Part shown: piece after piece, positions 16,401 to 16,729 of the stretch
Layout: the number at the start of each line of letters is the position of its first letter
Numbering within the stretch: the first letter of the stretch is position 1
NCBI GenBank assembly: GCA_045046875.1
Contig: JASFYY010000028.1
Span: 1-16,729 of the forward strand
DNA from: Verrucomicrobiota bacterium
GTDB lineage: Bacteria > Verrucomicrobiota > Verrucomicrobiia > Verrucomicrobiales > DEV007
DNA: 16,729 nucleotides
Reading direction: 5' to 3'
Made by a program: the position numbers and the translations under genes
The notes under the pieces: model-generated
Seen by the model: the letters and a program-made list of their open reading frames with translations, nothing else
Databases searched by the model: none
Told to the model about the DNA's origin: nothing

Positions 16401-16646
16401 AATTTTGTATTCAATCGAATCCAGCGAAGCCTCCCGCGTTTTGACGCCCCTCAAATAAAGAAACAAGTCTCCATTCACAAAATCAATCAGATCCGGCCCA
16501 GTGAGAGCGGCATCGTAGTCCAGCTTCCCCTCATAATCCTTCGGCGCCGCCCACACCGACCAGCGATACGTTTCATCAAGAATAAAAGTCATAGGACTCC
16601 CCCACCAGCTCTACCTTCTGAGCTTTTTGAAGGTTTGTTCGAACAT
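16401..16646 (-). pseudogene. hsdM: Type I restriction-modification methyltransferase (HsdM) N-terminal relic
   Basis: ATG at 16646 gives MFEQTFK. A second frame gives KAQKVELVGESYDF, and a third gives ILDETYRWSVWAAPK..GKLD..AALTGPDLIDFVNGDLFLYLRG..SIEYKI. These match, in order, the recalled N-terminus of a common HsdM family, with an internal deletion, frameshifts and a 3' truncation at repeat B. Confidence 0.8.
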
Positions 16647-16656
16647 AAACAAACAA

Positions 16657-16702
16657 TACACCCAGTAGGAATCGAACCTACATCTATGGTTCCGGAAACC
16701 AC
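16657..16702 (-). tRNA. 3' half of tRNA-Arg(CCG): att-site fragment, not an intact tRNA
   Basis: Minus strand reads GTGGT-TTCCGGA-ACCAT (anticodon arm, CCG at 16695-16693), AGAT, GTAGG-TTCGATT-CCTAC (T arm), TGGGTGT-A (acceptor 3' strand). The 27 nt upstream contain no D-arm and no acceptor 5' strand. Confidence 0.85.
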
Positions 16703-16729
16703 CGGAGAGGGTTGCTGGAATGCGGATTC

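Larger units (their letters stand above)
13603..16702. mobile_element. Decayed composite genomic island at a tRNA-Arg(CCG) integration site (no integrase in window)
   Basis: Bounded by two copies of the tRNA 3' end. Contains an IS remnant, an hsdM relic, long direct repeats and a shift in strand composition. Confidence 0.65.

Noticed and set aside
16314..16592. 92-aa ORF as a real gene
   Set aside because: It is a chimera of an internal hsdM frame (to IEYKI) and read-through into non-coding repeat B.
16657..16729. Intact tRNA-Arg gene
   Set aside because: The 27 nt 5' of the anticodon arm lack the D-arm and cannot pair with the acceptor 3' strand TGGGTGT.

Overview
Bacterial chromosomal window. 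A PVC-superphylum origin, probably Verrucomicrobiota, is inferred from the ECF sigma/FecR-type pair, the multidomain protease and the REP type. Bases 1-13589 look like ordinary backbone: a REP-like tandem repeat, a Gfo/Idh/MocA oxidoreductase with an MFS transporter, a class IV aminotransferase, an EamA/DMT transporter, a two-HKD phospholipase D, an ECF sigma with anti-sigma, a small orphan gene, a trypsin-DUF1080-SirB1-TPR fusion and a Tat-exported PHP/DUF3604-like metallohydrolase. Bases ~13603-16702 look like a decayed, multiply integrated island at a tRNA-Arg(CCG) site. It is bounded by a 46-bp tRNA 3'-half (16657-16702, minus) and an 11-bp copy of the tRNA 3' end (13603-13613). Inside are two near-identical ~80-97 bp direct repeats, each fused to a truncated gene (an IS accessory ORF missed by the ORF track, and an hsdM relic). 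The repeats bracket an intact two-gene cargo: a DUF2946/CruR-like leader ORF (TM helix, His cluster, CxxC, C-terminal RPPP overlapped by a perfect hairpin) and a very His-rich outer-membrane beta-barrel. The best candidate for a new system is this cargo, read as a mobile metal-uptake module controlled by ribosome stalling. Family assignments come from recalled motifs, not from database searches.
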